The translations under genes were made by a program, and so were the position numbers. This document shows, piece by piece, positions 29,160 to 43,296 of a stretch of DNA of 64,000 nucleotides. The notes below the pieces were generated by a model. It did not search any database. It was not told the DNA's origin and was given only the letters and a program-made list of their open reading frames with translations. Every line of letters starts with the position of its first letter. Position 1 is the stretch's first letter. The stretch lies in contig OZ024742.1 in the NCBI GenBank assembly GCA_964016885.1, forward strand, positions 205,716,001 to 205,780,000, in the 5' to 3' direction. This DNA is from Eledone cirrhosa. Its lineage: Eukaryota.

Positions 29160-29226
29160 GATTTATATATATATGTATATATATATATATGTATATGTAT
29201 GTATATATATATGTGTATGTATATAT

Positions 29227-29264
<38 letters not shown>

Positions 29265-29789
29265 GTATGTATATATATATATGTATGTATATATATATAT
29301 ATATATATGTATGTATATATATATATATATATGTGTATATATATATGTATATATGTATGTATATATATATATGTATGTATATATATATGGGTATATATAT
29401 ATGTATATATGTATATATATATGTATATATATATATGTATATATATGTATATATATGTATATATATATGTATATATATGTATATATATATGTATATATAT
29501 ATGTATATATATGTATATATATGTATATATATGTATGTATATATATTTATATATATATGTATATATATGTATATATATATGTATATATATATGTATATAT
29601 ATGTATATATATATGTATGTATATGCATGTATGTATATATATATGTATGTATATGCATGTATATATATATGTATATATGTATGTATATGCATGTATATAT
29701 ATATGTATGTATGTATATATATGTATATATATGTATATATATGTATGTATATATATGTATATATATGTACATATATGTATATATATATG

Positions 29790-29821
<32 letters not shown>

Positions 29822-29837
29822 TGTATATGTATATATG

Positions 29838-29870
<33 letters not shown>

Positions 29871-29911
29871 GTATGTATATATGTATATGTATGTGTATGT
29901 ATATGTATATG

Positions 29912-29984
<73 letters not shown>

Positions 29985-30007
29985 GTATATATATATATAT
30001 ATATGTG

Positions 30008-30040
<33 letters not shown>

Positions 30041-30041
30041 G

Positions 30042-30132
<91 letters not shown>

Positions 30133-30133
30133 G

Positions 30134-30229
<96 letters not shown>

Positions 30230-31451
30230 GATATATATGTATATAGATATATATGTATATAGATATATATGTATATAGATATATATGTATATAGATATAT
30301 ATGTATATAGATATATATGTATATAGATATATATGTATATAGATATATATGTATATAGATATATATGTATATAGATATATATGTATATAGATATATATGT
30401 ATATAGATAGATATGTATATAGATAGATATGTATATAGATAGATATGTATATAGATAGATATGTATATAGATAGATATGTATATAGATAGATATGTATAT
30501 GTATATATAAGTATATATGTATATTTATATGAATATATAAGTATATATGTATATTTATATGAATGTATATGTATATATATGTATATATGTATATTTATAT
30601 GTATATATGTATATATAAGTATATATGTATGTATATATAAGTATATATGTATATGTATATATAAGTATATATGTATATATATATGTGTATATATATATAT
30701 GTATATATATGTATATGTATATATAAGTATATATGTATATATATATATGTATATATATGTGTATATGTATATATATATGTATATATGTATATGTATATAT
30801 ATATGTATATGTATATATGTATGTATATATGTATATGTATATATGTATGTATATATGTATATGTATATATGTATATATATGTATAAAAATATATATGTAT
30901 ATGTATAGATATATATGTATATATATGTATATAGATATATATGTATATAGATATATATGTATATAGATGTATATGTATATTTATATATATGTATATAGAT
31001 GTATATGTATATTTATATATATGTATATATATGTATATGTATGTGTATATGTATATATATGTGTATATGTATATATATGTATATATATGTATATATGTAT
31101 ATATATGTATATATATATGTATATATATGTATATATATGTATATATATATATGTATATATATATATATGTATGTATATATATATATATATATGTATGTAT
31201 ATATATATGTATGTATGTATATATATATGTATGTATATATGTATATATATATATGTATATATGTATGTATATGTATATATATGTATGTATATATATATGT
31301 ATATATATATATGTATATATATGTATGTATATATATATATGTATATATATATATGTATATATATATGTATATATATATGTATGTATATATATATGTATAT
31401 ATATATATGTATATATATATGTATATATATATATGTATATATATATATATG

Positions 31452-31530
<79 letters not shown>

Positions 31531-31531
31531 G

Positions 31532-31602
<71 letters not shown>

Positions 31603-31623
31603 GTGTATATATATATATATGTG

Positions 31624-31746
<123 letters not shown>

Positions 31747-31875
31747 GTATATATATATATATGTATATATATGTATATATAATATGTATATATATATATA
31801 TGTATATATATGTATATATAATATGTATATATATGTATATATATATATATGTATATATATATGTATATATATATG

Positions 31876-31910
<35 letters not shown>

Positions 31911-32143
31911 GTATATGTATGTATATATATATGTGTGTGTATGTATATATATGTGTATGTATTTATATGTGTATGTGTATATATATGTGTATGTATATAT
32001 ATATGTGTATGTATATATATGTGTGTTTATATATGTGTATATATATATGTGTATGTATATATATGTATATGTGTGTATATATATGTGTATATAGATATAT
32101 ATATATGTGTGTATATATATATATATATGTGTATATATATATA

Positions 32144-32214
<71 letters not shown>

Positions 32215-32383
32215 GTGTATATGTATGTGTATATATGTATATATATATGTGTATATGTATGTGTATATATGTATATATATATATGTGTGTATATATGTAT
32301 ATAAATATATATATATATGTGTGTATATATGTATATGTATATGTGTGTGTATATATGTATATATGTGTGTGTATATATATATA

Positions 32384-32424
<41 letters not shown>

Positions 32425-32727
32425 ATATATGTATATATATATATATGTGTATATATGTATATATATATATATATGTGTATATATATATATATATATGTGT
32501 ATATATGTATATATATATATGTGTATTTATATGTGTATATATGTATATATATATATGTGTGTATATATGTATATATATATATGTGTATATATGTATATAT
32601 ATATATGTGTATATATGTATATATATATATGTGTGTATATATGTATATATATATATGTGTGTATATATGTATATATATATATGTGTGTATATATGTATAT
32701 ATATATATGTGTGTATATATGTATATA

Positions 32728-32844
<117 letters not shown>

Positions 32845-32883
32845 ATATATATATATGTGTATATATATATATGTGTATATATA

Positions 32884-32918
<35 letters not shown>

Positions 32919-32935
32919 GTAAATGAAAAATGGTT

Positions 32936-33716
32936 TGCTGTGTTGTTGCGAATATGAAGGTATGTATAAAAATAGACCGAGAAACAAAATGTCCTTCATC
33001 AGTAGCCTGCTGATTATCATTGGTATTTCTTCACATTAAAGACTAGATACCTAAAATTAGTGCGAGCAATAACTAAATTAAGGACAGAGGAAAGGAAACA
33101 AACATGGTAGTAATGCAACGTAAAGAGAGGAAAAGAGAGACAAGTCAATGAATCTTGTGGGCTTAAGTCCGACAAATCAATCCACGAGAAGAAAAAGACG
33201 CGTCCGAGCCACGAGAAAAGTAAGAGAGGAAAGAATTTCACGCAGGTCAGACGGGAGGAAGTGAGATAGGTGGAGTAGCAGAGAGTGAGTGACCAGCAGC
33301 GGGAGTGGCGGAAAGCACTAAGTGAAGAATAGAGAAAGAGGATAGCAGTAAGATGACAGAAAAAATACGAACCACAGCGAAGGGAAAAAATATATGTGAA
33401 TGAATAATGGCGTGCTGCGTTGTTGCGAATATGAACATATGAATAAAAATAGACCGAGAAACAAGAATGTCCTTCATCAGTAGTCTGCTGATTATCATTG
33501 GTGTTTCTTCGCATTAAAGACTAGATACCTAAAATTAGTGCGAGCGATAACTAAATTAATTTATCGGTACAGAGGAAAGGAAACAAACAACATGGTAGTA
33601 AAAAACGGACGCGTCTGTTTCTTCTCGTAATTTGATTTGTCGGACTTAAGCCCACAAGATTTATTGACTTGACTCTCTTTTCCTCTCTTTACATTGCATT
33701 ACTACCATGTTGTTTG
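32936..33716 (-). mobile_element. Penelope-like terminal-repeat remnant: direct repeats (32936-33111, 33413-33600) plus inverted segment (33606-33716 vs 33099-33205)
   Basis: The direct and inverted repeats are visible in sequence. Each direct copy has CTGATGAAGGAC on the minus strand (half of a hammerhead core). Tandem plus inverted terminal repeats are typical of Penelope-like elements; the PLE label is inference. Confidence 0.5.
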
Positions 33717-34710
33717 ATGATAAGCAGCGTCTGCTGTGACTGAACAGCCCAATTCTGGAGTGGGAGTCTTTGGCACAGTTGCTGCCCGTGAAAGTCGATG
33801 GGTACGCCTGGGTTGTTGCTGCAGTGGTCTTCCTCTTGCCTCGCCTGTCTCCTTTCCTCAGCAATGGAAACGCCTTTCCTCACTGTCCGACACCAGGCAG
33901 AGCGTCAGCAGCTGTCTCCTCCTTGGTGTCCACACCGATGTCCGTAGTCCTCAGGTCGCGTTTGCACACATTCCTGTATCGCAGCTGTGGACGTCCTGTG
34001 GTGAGCTCACCGTACAAGATGTCTTTAGGAATGCGACGTGCCCGAGCCAGCGCAGTTGCCTCTGCGTGATGAGGACGTACATGCTTGGGATATTTGTCTG
34101 GTTTAAGATGTCTCTGTTTAGAACACGGTCCTTCCAGATGCCAAGGATCCGTCGAAGACACCACATGTGGAAGCTGTTGAGGCGGCGTTCTTGTCGGACG
34201 TGTGTTGTCCAGCTCTCGCTGCCGTAGAGTAGAGTGCTCAGTACGCAGGCTCAGTGCACTGCGATCTTGGTGGTTATGGTGAGCATGTTGTTTTCCCACA
34301 CTCTCCTGGAGAGCTTAGCCATGGCAGCAGCAGCTGTCCCGATCCGTCTGTTCTGCACCAGGGTCGAGAGACAGGTTGCTGGAGACTGTCGATCCCAGGC
34401 AAGCCGTGGTCGCCGACACTGATGCTGGGGACCTCTCCGACGTCTTTTTCAGGCTGATGGTAAGGCCGAACTCTTGGCAAGCGAGTGCCAGGGAGCTGAC
34501 CAGCCTTTGGAGACCTAGCTGAGTGTGAGATGTTAGGGCGGCATCGTCAGCAAAAAGGATCTCCCTGATCAGCACCTGGCGTACTCTGGTCTTGGCCCTG
34601 AGGCGTGCGAGGTTGAACAGCCTGCCGTCAGACCTGGTGTGGAGGAACACTCCGTCGTCGGACGTCATGAAGGTATAGGCCAGAATGCAACCCTGTTTTA
34701 CTCCACTCTG
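33717..34710 (-). mobile_element. RTE-BovB-like LINE, 5'-truncated RT and C-terminus, frameshifted
   Basis: [54 protein letters not shown]; LRRILGI..W; RIPKDILYGELTTGRPQLRYRNVCKRDL; C-terminal C..CAKDSHSRIGLFSHSRRC. Confidence 0.92.
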
Positions 34711-34747
34711 TATATATATATATATGTATATATATATGTATATGTAC

Positions 34748-34789
<42 letters not shown>

Positions 34790-34908
34790 ATATATATATT
34801 TATATATATGTGTGTGTGTATATATATATATATATATGTGTGTATATACATGTGTATATATATATGTGTATATATGTATATATATATATGTATATATATA
34901 TATGTGTG

Positions 34909-34939
<31 letters not shown>

Positions 34940-35034
34940 GTGTGTATATATATATATATATGTATGTATATATATGTGTGTATATATATATATATGTATG
35001 TATATATATGTGTGTATATATATATATATGTATA

Positions 35035-35085
<51 letters not shown>

Positions 35086-35117
35086 GTGTATATATATATA
35101 TATGTGTATATATATAT

Positions 35118-35322
35118 TGACATTGCACTCAGTGCTCCTTTGGGAGCCCCTACATGGACACACTAGAAGAGGAAGACCAAGGTTAACATATGTTGATGCC
35201 CTAAGGACAGACACTGGTCTGTTGGAGATGCAGGATATGGCAGCGATAATGAGGGACAGAGACCGCTGGAGAGAACTCGTCCATGGATCTCGGGAATTTT
35301 ACCCGCCTTAGATAGATAGATA
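35118..35322 (+). mobile_element. 3' end of an RTE/RTE-X-like LINE with (TAGA)n tail
   Basis: [39 protein letters not shown], with the stop followed directly by tagatagataga. Confidence 0.75.
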
Positions 35323-35374
35323 TATGTGTATATATATATATATATGTATATATATATGTATATATATGTATATA

Positions 35375-36077
35375 CGTAATATACGTGAACGGCAAAGCAT
35401 AAACGAACTAAGGAAAAAATTAGAGATAAGAGGGATCAGATGTTGTTTACTCGAGAGAAGGCTACGTTGGTATGGACACGTGATGCGCATGAAAGTCGAT
35501 AGCTGTATAACAAAGTGCAGGGCAATAAAGATAGACGGTAGTCACGGAATAGGCAGACCTAGAAAAACCTGGGACGAGCTGATAAACTCCGACATCACAC
35601 ACTTACACCTCTCCAAGACAATGTCACTGGACCGAGACCTTTGGCGGTACTCAGTAACAGAGAAGACCCGCCTTACCTAAATATATAGTAAAACCTACTC
35701 CAGCCAGTAGGCATCTCTAACAAAATACACCCCGTCCCACCACCACCACCACCACCCCATCCACACCACCCCATTCTATGTAAAGTTATGTTGGTGCCGC
35801 GACATCCAGGCCGAAACAAATGAGATCGTGTAGGTGTCACGACAAAAAAACACACAGTCCACGCTGTAATGTGGCCGTGTAGGCAACACGGTAAAAACCT
35901 CCCAGACCCACACTGTAAATGTGGTTGGTGTTAGGAAGGGCATCCAACTGTAGAAAACCTGCCAGACAGTCCTATGCGAGCAAGACAATCACTCTTGCTT
36001 CAAGTGGGACTACCCCCGTCCAAACCCATGCAAGCGTGGAACACGGACGTTAAACGTTGATGATGATGATGATGATA
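35375..36077 (+). mobile_element. 3' end of RTE LINE (ORF C-terminus, 3' UTR, (GAT)n tail)
   Basis: ERRLRWYGHVMRM..GRPRKTWDELI..DRDLWR ends at the stop at 35680. The UTR ends in a stem-loop plus (GAT)n. Confidence 0.88.
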
Positions 36078-36104
36078 ATATATATATATATGTATATATA
36101 TATG

Positions 36105-36135
<31 letters not shown>

Positions 36136-37048
36136 GTATATATATATATGTATATATATGTATGTATATATATATATGTATATATATATATGTATATATA
36201 TATATGTATATATATGTATATATATATATGTATATATGTGTATATATATATATGTATATATGTGTATATATATATATGTATATATGTATATATATATATG
36301 TATATATGTATATATATATATGTATATATGTATATATATATATATGTGTATATATGTATATATATGTATATATGTATATATATGTATATATGTATATATA
36401 TGTATATGTGTATATATATGTATATGTATATATATGTGTATATATATGTATATATATGTATATGTATATATATATGTATATATATGTATATAAATATGTA
36501 TATATATGTATATATATATGTATATATATATGTATATATATGTATGTATATATATGTATATGTATATATATATGTATGTATATATATATGTATATGTATA
36601 TATATATGTGTATGTATATATATATGTATGTATATGTATATATATATGTATATGTATATATATATGTATATGTATATATATATGTATATATATGTATATG
36701 TATATATATATGTATATATATGTATATGTATGTATATGTATATATATGTGTATATATATGTATATATATGTATATATATGTATATGTATATATATGTATA
36801 TATATATGTATGTATATATGTATGTATGTATATATATGTATATATATATGTATGTATGTATATATATGTATATATATATGTATGTATGTATATATATGTA
36901 TATATATATGTATGTATATATATATGTATGTATGTATATATATGTATATATATATGTATGTATGTATATAGATGTATATATATATATATGTATGTATATA
37001 TATATGTATATATATATGTATGTATGTATATGTATGTATATATATATA

Positions 37049-37435
37049 GACAGGCAGAATTCTAGAAGGAAAACTCTGATATAACACCTGCAACCCTGAT
37101 GGTATCCAATGATGTTGACTTGTTCTTCTTTTTGGTAAATATCATCTTGGTTAAGAGAGTGGGACTGGCTTTGTGTGTGCAGTGCCTTTGCTCACTATAA
37201 AAGCCTCACGGCACAGGCATTGCTTTATATCTGGAGATCTCTCTGCACTTGTCCTCACATGGTACCATGGGCCCAGCACTATGTGTCAATAATTGTCACA
37301 AGTGTAGTGTTTGTACCATAGTTTTCAATACGCTGGCTGGACTAAAAAGTCATACTCGTTCAGCGCATCGGTCGGCGTTCTCCTACATGGATATAAAGTA
37401 GTGGCCGTACTCGAAAACGAGTTGGCAGCCACCAT
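37049..37435 (+). mobile_element. Unclassified dispersed repeat embedded in (TA)n, copy 2
   Basis: Near-identical to 26971-27335. Confidence 0.7.
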
Positions 37436-37514
37436 ATATATATATATGTATATATATGTATGTATGTATATATATGTATATATGTATATATATATATATA
37501 TATATGTATGTATG

Positions 37515-37714
37515 NNNNNNNNNNNNNNNNNNNNNNNNNNNNNNNNNNNNNNNNNNNNNNNNNNNNNNNNNNNNNNNNNNNNNNNNNNNNNNNNNNNNNN
37601 NNNNNNNNNNNNNNNNNNNNNNNNNNNNNNNNNNNNNNNNNNNNNNNNNNNNNNNNNNNNNNNNNNNNNNNNNNNNNNNNNNNNNNNNNNNNNNNNNNNN
37701 NNNNNNNNNNNNNN
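37515..37714. other. Assembly gap (200 N)
   Basis: A run of exactly 200 n, typical of a scaffold join of unknown size. Confidence 0.99.
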
Positions 37715-38035
37715 ATGTGTATATATATATATATGTGTATATATATATATATATAATGTGTATATATATATATATAATGTGTATATATATATATATATAA
37801 TGTGTATATATATATATATATAATGTGTATATATATATATATATAATGTGTATATATATATATATATAATCTGTATATATATATATATATAGTGTATATA
37901 TATATATATATATATAGTGTATATATATATATAGTGTATATATATATATAGTGTATATATATATATAGTGTATATATATATATAGTGTATATATATATAT
38001 AGTGTATATATATATAGTGTATATATATATATATA

Positions 38036-38069
<34 letters not shown>

Positions 38070-38427
38070 TATATATATATATATATATAGTGTATATATA
38101 TATATATATAGTGTATATATATATATATATAGTGTATATATATATATATAGTGTATATATATATATATATATAGTGTATATATATATATATAGTGTATAT
38201 ATATATATATAGTGTATATATATATATATATATATAGTGTATATATATATATATAGTGTATATATATATATATATATAGTGTATATATATATATATAGTG
38301 TATATATATATATATATATAGTATATATATATATATAGTGTATATATATATATATATATAGTGTATATATATATATATAGTGTATATATATATATATATA
38401 TAGTATATATATATATATATATATATA

Positions 38428-38491
<64 letters not shown>

Positions 38492-38492
38492 A

Positions 38493-38635
38493 TTAGCCGT
38501 CGAAACGGCTTGAGCTCAGCCGTCGGGGTCTTACTGGTTCCTATTACCCTCTCTATTACCCTCTCTACTACCCCAAGTATTGAGTACTTTGGTGCGTTAT
38601 GGTCCACCTGGTTCCTTACCACATTTCCTTCGTTA
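38493..38635 (+). mobile_element. Island carrying the 3' half of a type I hammerhead ribozyme (Penelope/retrozyme-like remnant)
   Basis: gccgtc-GAAA-cggct-tgagctc-agccGTC-ggggtc provides the GAAA core, closed stem III and GUC cleavage triplet. The upstream CUGANGA half is missing. Confidence 0.55.
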
Positions 38636-38716
38636 TATATATATATAATATATATATATATATACACACAATATATTAACAAATGAAAACTATATTTATA
38701 TATATATATATACATA

Positions 38717-38751
<35 letters not shown>

Positions 38752-40672
38752 AACTATTTACTGAATAGGTTTCATGAACGGAATTTTGTGAGTTATGTAA
38801 ATTGAGTTGTCTGTGTGTTTTCGATTCCTTTGCTGAACTGTGTGTCAATTTGTAAAAGAAATATATTAAACGGGGCGAAACACATGACTTCTGTTAAATG
38901 AAAACATCGAATTAATATTTTATTAGAAAAGAAAAAAAAAATATTAATAATAATAAAGAACTGAGGCTAAAATAAATAAATAACGGACTCCGCCCAACCA
39001 AATAAAAACAAAGAATAACTAAGACTGCTTATCGTAAAATATCCACCGGAGAAAACAGCTTTGTCGAGGGAGAAAGAAAATATTCTACCTTAAAATACCG
39101 ATTTCTTGCTCTCGTTTTATTATAATGTAAAGGGAAAAGTTAATTTATTCATGTCAAACCAAGTCATGTACAAGGGAAGAAGAGAGCACAAACCAAGCAC
39201 AAACTATCGATTCAGCAATTCCGTTCAGAATAGTTTTCAATATAGGAAAGAGATGAAAAAAAAAAACACAGCCAAAAATAAAACCATCGACAGAACGCTA
39301 GCATATCACTTTCATTTTTTCACTAAGTATACTTAAATTCTTCATTATGTCGCTTACAGTAGTAGCACTAAAATTATTTCGCTGTGATAAAAGTATGTAT
39401 CTATGTAGGTATAATCACATCTTAATTGTTTTATGTGTGTGTGTGTGTGTGCGTGTGCGTGTGTGCGTGTGAACTTCAGTGGCAACGACTACATTGAATT
39501 TGGGTAGAAAACGCAAAAGACCGCTGCCATGTTTAGAATCTCCAGAATATTTCACATTGATATTCGTTTCAAGGAAGCTGGTTAATATTCCTCATTGGAT
39601 CCCCACCACTATTCTATTAATGTAGTTGCATTTCTAACAACAACAAATAGGAATAAAGAAGCCAGTGAGTGGAGGGAGAAAGATTGTAAATTGGGTTAAT
39701 ATGATCGTAAATATAACCCTAACCAACGACTCTAGTAAAACGGTTTCACTTTAAACATTGATTATGAGATACCTGCCACAAAATTCAGCCAACTCATATG
39801 GAGGTAGCACACGTGCATAGTGGTCAGTAGAGGAAAGGAGAAATAATGGATGTTGCAGTCGACAGAAGATGGAGACGGCAGCTTGTTTGTTAGCTTAGAT
39901 TGAGAAATAGTAAAAGAATATTTGAAGAAAACGCAATATCGATAGAAAGCCATTTTATCTTTCATTTCCAGTGAATTGTGAACGTTTTGAGATAGATGAC
40001 GAGGTATTTTACATAAAGCCAGTGGACGATCATCGATGCACATACCAACCTCAATTGACCAACGGAATTGGTTTCAGATTTGATGCAACTACTAGATAGA
40101 GCGTACATTTTGGGTGAAAAAATGTACTTACCTGTTTAATTTGTATGTATGCATATGTGTTATTTGAATATATGAATTAAAATCCGAATTGGGTATGATT
40201 GTGTGCAATGAATATGTGACAATTTCATACATACACGTTTATGTATGAAGCACAGTAGTATTTATTTGTAGATATAATGTATGTTTGTGAGTGTGTGTGT
40301 ATATATAAATGCAAATTTACTCATGCATTTCCATGGATTTCGATACATTTATTATTTACACAAACTGTTGTAATCAGTAAACGATAGACAAAAGACATAC
40401 ATATATTGAAATGCACGATTTAAATGTAATTACCACAACACACGAATGTATGTATAAACGTATGCGTGTGTGAGGTATGTATAAACCGTATGCGTGTGTG
40501 AGGTATGTATATATATAAACGTGTGTGAATATATATGCATGTGTATATGTAAGAGTGGTATATATATTTATGTAAGTGCAAATGCAAGTAAGAATACATA
40601 TTCCATGGAAAACAGCAATATAAGAGAACGCCTTTTTTTTAAGCAAAAGACGTGTGTTGTTTAGGGACTTAC

Positions 40673-40865
40673 CTAAATCAAGAGCTTCACACCCTTGATA
40701 GAATAAAAGCAGATATAACATGGAATATAATAATAATGATTCCAGTGTGAAGCTTTTCCTGAGTAAAGGTCCTGCGGCAGTGCCAGAATAATGGTAATAT
40801 AGAGTCCCTCCTCGGCGGCGGCGGCGGACACCTTGCCACTGTCCTGTGCTCCGTGTGGGTGCCAT
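40673..40865 (-). CDS. First coding exon encoding an N-terminal signal peptide of a secreted/membrane protein, possibly DDR-type
   Basis: ATG at 40865 opens 64 codons ending in a hydrophobic stretch and cleavage-like site (LESLLLYSMLYLLLFYQGCEA-LDL), then a perfect phase-1 donor TAG|GTAAGT (40673/40672). The upstream region is CpG-rich, with a good acceptor tctctttcag at 41738-41747. Confidence 0.7.
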
Positions 40866-41737
40866 ATCTCCAAATTTTTTTGCGATGTTTTTTCACTTTT
40901 AATACTTTTTAAACGACGTCTTCTCCTAGATTTGTTTTCTTTTTAAAAGGGCTCTAAAAACCTTTTCTGTAGTAATGTTGTTCCCTGACCAGACTTGGTG
41001 CTGTCGAAGGAGGTTTAATGCTGTTACCACAGAGAGGACGTGCCTGGAGCTGGTATCAGCCATGGATGTTGTTGCTTGTCAAAAGGATAAGTATTGAAAT
41101 CCACATCTTTCTCTTTCTAATTCTCTCTCACTTTCTCTCCCACCCCCAAAATATATCCCAACTGGGGGGTGGGTAGGTGCGTTGGTGAGTATTTTGGAAG
41201 GTGTTGGTAAACGAGTATACGCTAGTTGCGGTGACAACGTTGGTGGAGTTGTTCGGCTTCACCAAACGACGCTGGGATGAAGCCGACACTCCAATCCTTG
41301 TTTTAACAAGGGAACGCTACTTTCTTCCCTGGCTGACGTTAAGGCTTGGTAGTAGTTTATTTCTAGCAGCGTCGAACCACGACGTTTTGTTCTTCTTTTT
41401 CCTCCTCCTCGTCGGCGGCTGCTTCTTTTTCTTTCTTTTCTTCCTCCACCGCCTGCGTCTTTGCTTAGTGTGCCTCCCCCGGATGGCAGCAGTAAACGAT
41501 GGTAACGGTGGTGGTGGTGTCGGTACGACTGCTGCTGCTGCTATTTATTGGTAAAGAAATGTCGGTAAAGCTGCAGTCATTATAGTAGCAGAACAGTTGC
41601 CAGTCGACGCTGAAGATGATGATATAGCAGTGCTGTCGTTGGCGGTACTGCTGGGTGGAGGAAGCTTACTTTTATAAACTGGTTATGATGGCTAGCAGGG
41701 ACGTTCTTGATAGCTGGCTTGTTCAAGGATGAGGAAG
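40866..41737 (-). other. Putative long 5' UTR portion of the signal-peptide exon
   Basis: Minus-strand acceptor attatctctttcag|cttcctc at 41738/41737. The region is GC/CpG-richer than its flanks and has short trinucleotide runs. Confidence 0.45.
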
Positions 41738-42749
41738 CTGAAAGAGATAATAATAATAATAATCACCCGGCATGAAAAATTAGAGCATATCTAAGAAATG
41801 AACGAAAATAGATCTTTACTAATAATAAATACGATGGTTCTGTTAATAAATAGATAGATAGATTGATTGATATAGATAGATATACACAGAGAGGAAATAA
41901 AGAGAGAGAGAGATAACGGTAGGGGAAGAAGAAAAAAAGCAGACAGAGCGAGTCAGTCAGTGCGGTAGTGAGCTTTTTTCTACCTGAGACATTGATAGTG
42001 GCTTGGTGTTGGGGACTAATTCAATGCTACATCACTATTTCTTGATATTCTATCTCATCTTCTTGTGAATAGTAACAAGGGTTTTTAACAAATACAAGAC
42101 CCATTTTTTTTTTTTTTTTTGTGACACTATAGCAATATAGTCGATTTTACCCACCTCCGAAGAATAAAAATCAAATTTGATCTCAATTTGATTTGAACTC
42201 CCGGCGTAGACAGACAATACAGCAAAATATTTTATTCGACAATAATATATCCACCGTTCTGATAATAACCATAATAATGATTTCTTTATTTGCTTCAAGA
42301 ACGGTTTTGATATTGATGACGACAGTAATAATCATAATCGATAAAAATAACAAAACGTAAACAAACTTACATATGAATGAAGCTATTTTTCTCTTATTTT
42401 TAGAATAACGCATTTATTTATTCAGAAATTGTTTATGTGATGGAAATGCTATTTCAATTGAGCTGAAAATATTTGTAAATTCTATCAGCCATGTGACGTT
42501 TAGTGATAAGAGGAAAAGAAACAAAGAGAGTGGTGGGGAGATGCTAAATTTTCGAGTTAATGAATCTAAAAGCTTCGGAAATCACTTACACAATCGAATT
42601 ACCTCCCCCTGTTTGTGAGTTTTCACTGAGGGTGCGCTGTATGTTAAACTTCTGTTCAGTCATTTGGAACCAATGGTGCAACTTCCTTTCATAATAATAA
42701 TTATTCAAATCTATATATAATTGCTATTTCATTACTTTTTCTTTTAAAT

Positions 42750-42895
42750 TAAATTGTTCAGGGTTCATCTGTAAAAATCATTACATATTTCATCCTTACA
42801 GGGTCAATAAAATAAAGTACCAGTAACGTATTGGGGTGGAGTTAATCAACTTTCTTCTCCCAAACTATTGACCTACCTAAATCAGAAGCTATTAT
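42750..42895 (+). mobile_element. SINE copy (same family as 11749)
   Basis: tttcatccttacagggtcaataaaataaagtaccagtaacgtattgggg matches the 11749 copy. Confidence 0.65.
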
Positions 42896-43100
42896 TATAG
42901 TTCGAGGGGCGCAGACCTTCTGCCCCCATGCCCTAAGCCCAATCACCCCCTCCCCTCTCTTCTGTGACACCAGAGTTCTTACCAACCTCTCCCTTTCCCG
43001 TTCTTTTTTTTCTTTTTCTCTTTTTTCTCTATATTTTCCTATTCTTTTTTCTTTTGTTTCCTTTTCTTTTTTTATTATTGTTGTTGTTATTGTTGTCATT

Positions 43101-43262
43101 CATCATCATTTTACGTCTGCTTGCAAGGGTGGAGCGGGTTCTATTCAGCACAGTATCTCTCCACTTGTCACGGTCCTTCGTCATCTCCTCCATAAGCTTC
43201 AGCGATCTGAAGTCTGCTCCGTCCATGTTTTTCTGCACTCTGCGGTCTTCCTCTACTGCGTC
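43101..43262 (-). mobile_element. RTE LINE 3' end fragment
   Basis: ADFRSLKLMEEMTKDRDKWRDTVLNRTRSTLAS then (GAT)n, homologous to the 35.6 kb C-terminus. Flanked by (TTA/TTG)n. Confidence 0.7.
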
Positions 43263-43296
43263 TTTGTTATTATTATTATTGTTATTGTTATTATTC

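Noticed and set aside
40126-40200. Perfect minus-strand donor CAG|GTAAGT near 40132
   Set aside because: There is no convincing upstream acceptor or coding frame. It may be cryptic or a non-coding exon and cannot be supported.
41201-41554. 117-aa + strand ORF with a hydrophobic stretch
   Set aside because: It starts at GTG and is low-complexity antisense to the probable 5' UTR of the minus-strand gene, with no recognisable domain.
41984-42300. Possible upstream non-coding exon ending at CAG|GTAGAA (41984)
   Set aside because: The donor is weak and no transcription start can be defined from sequence alone.
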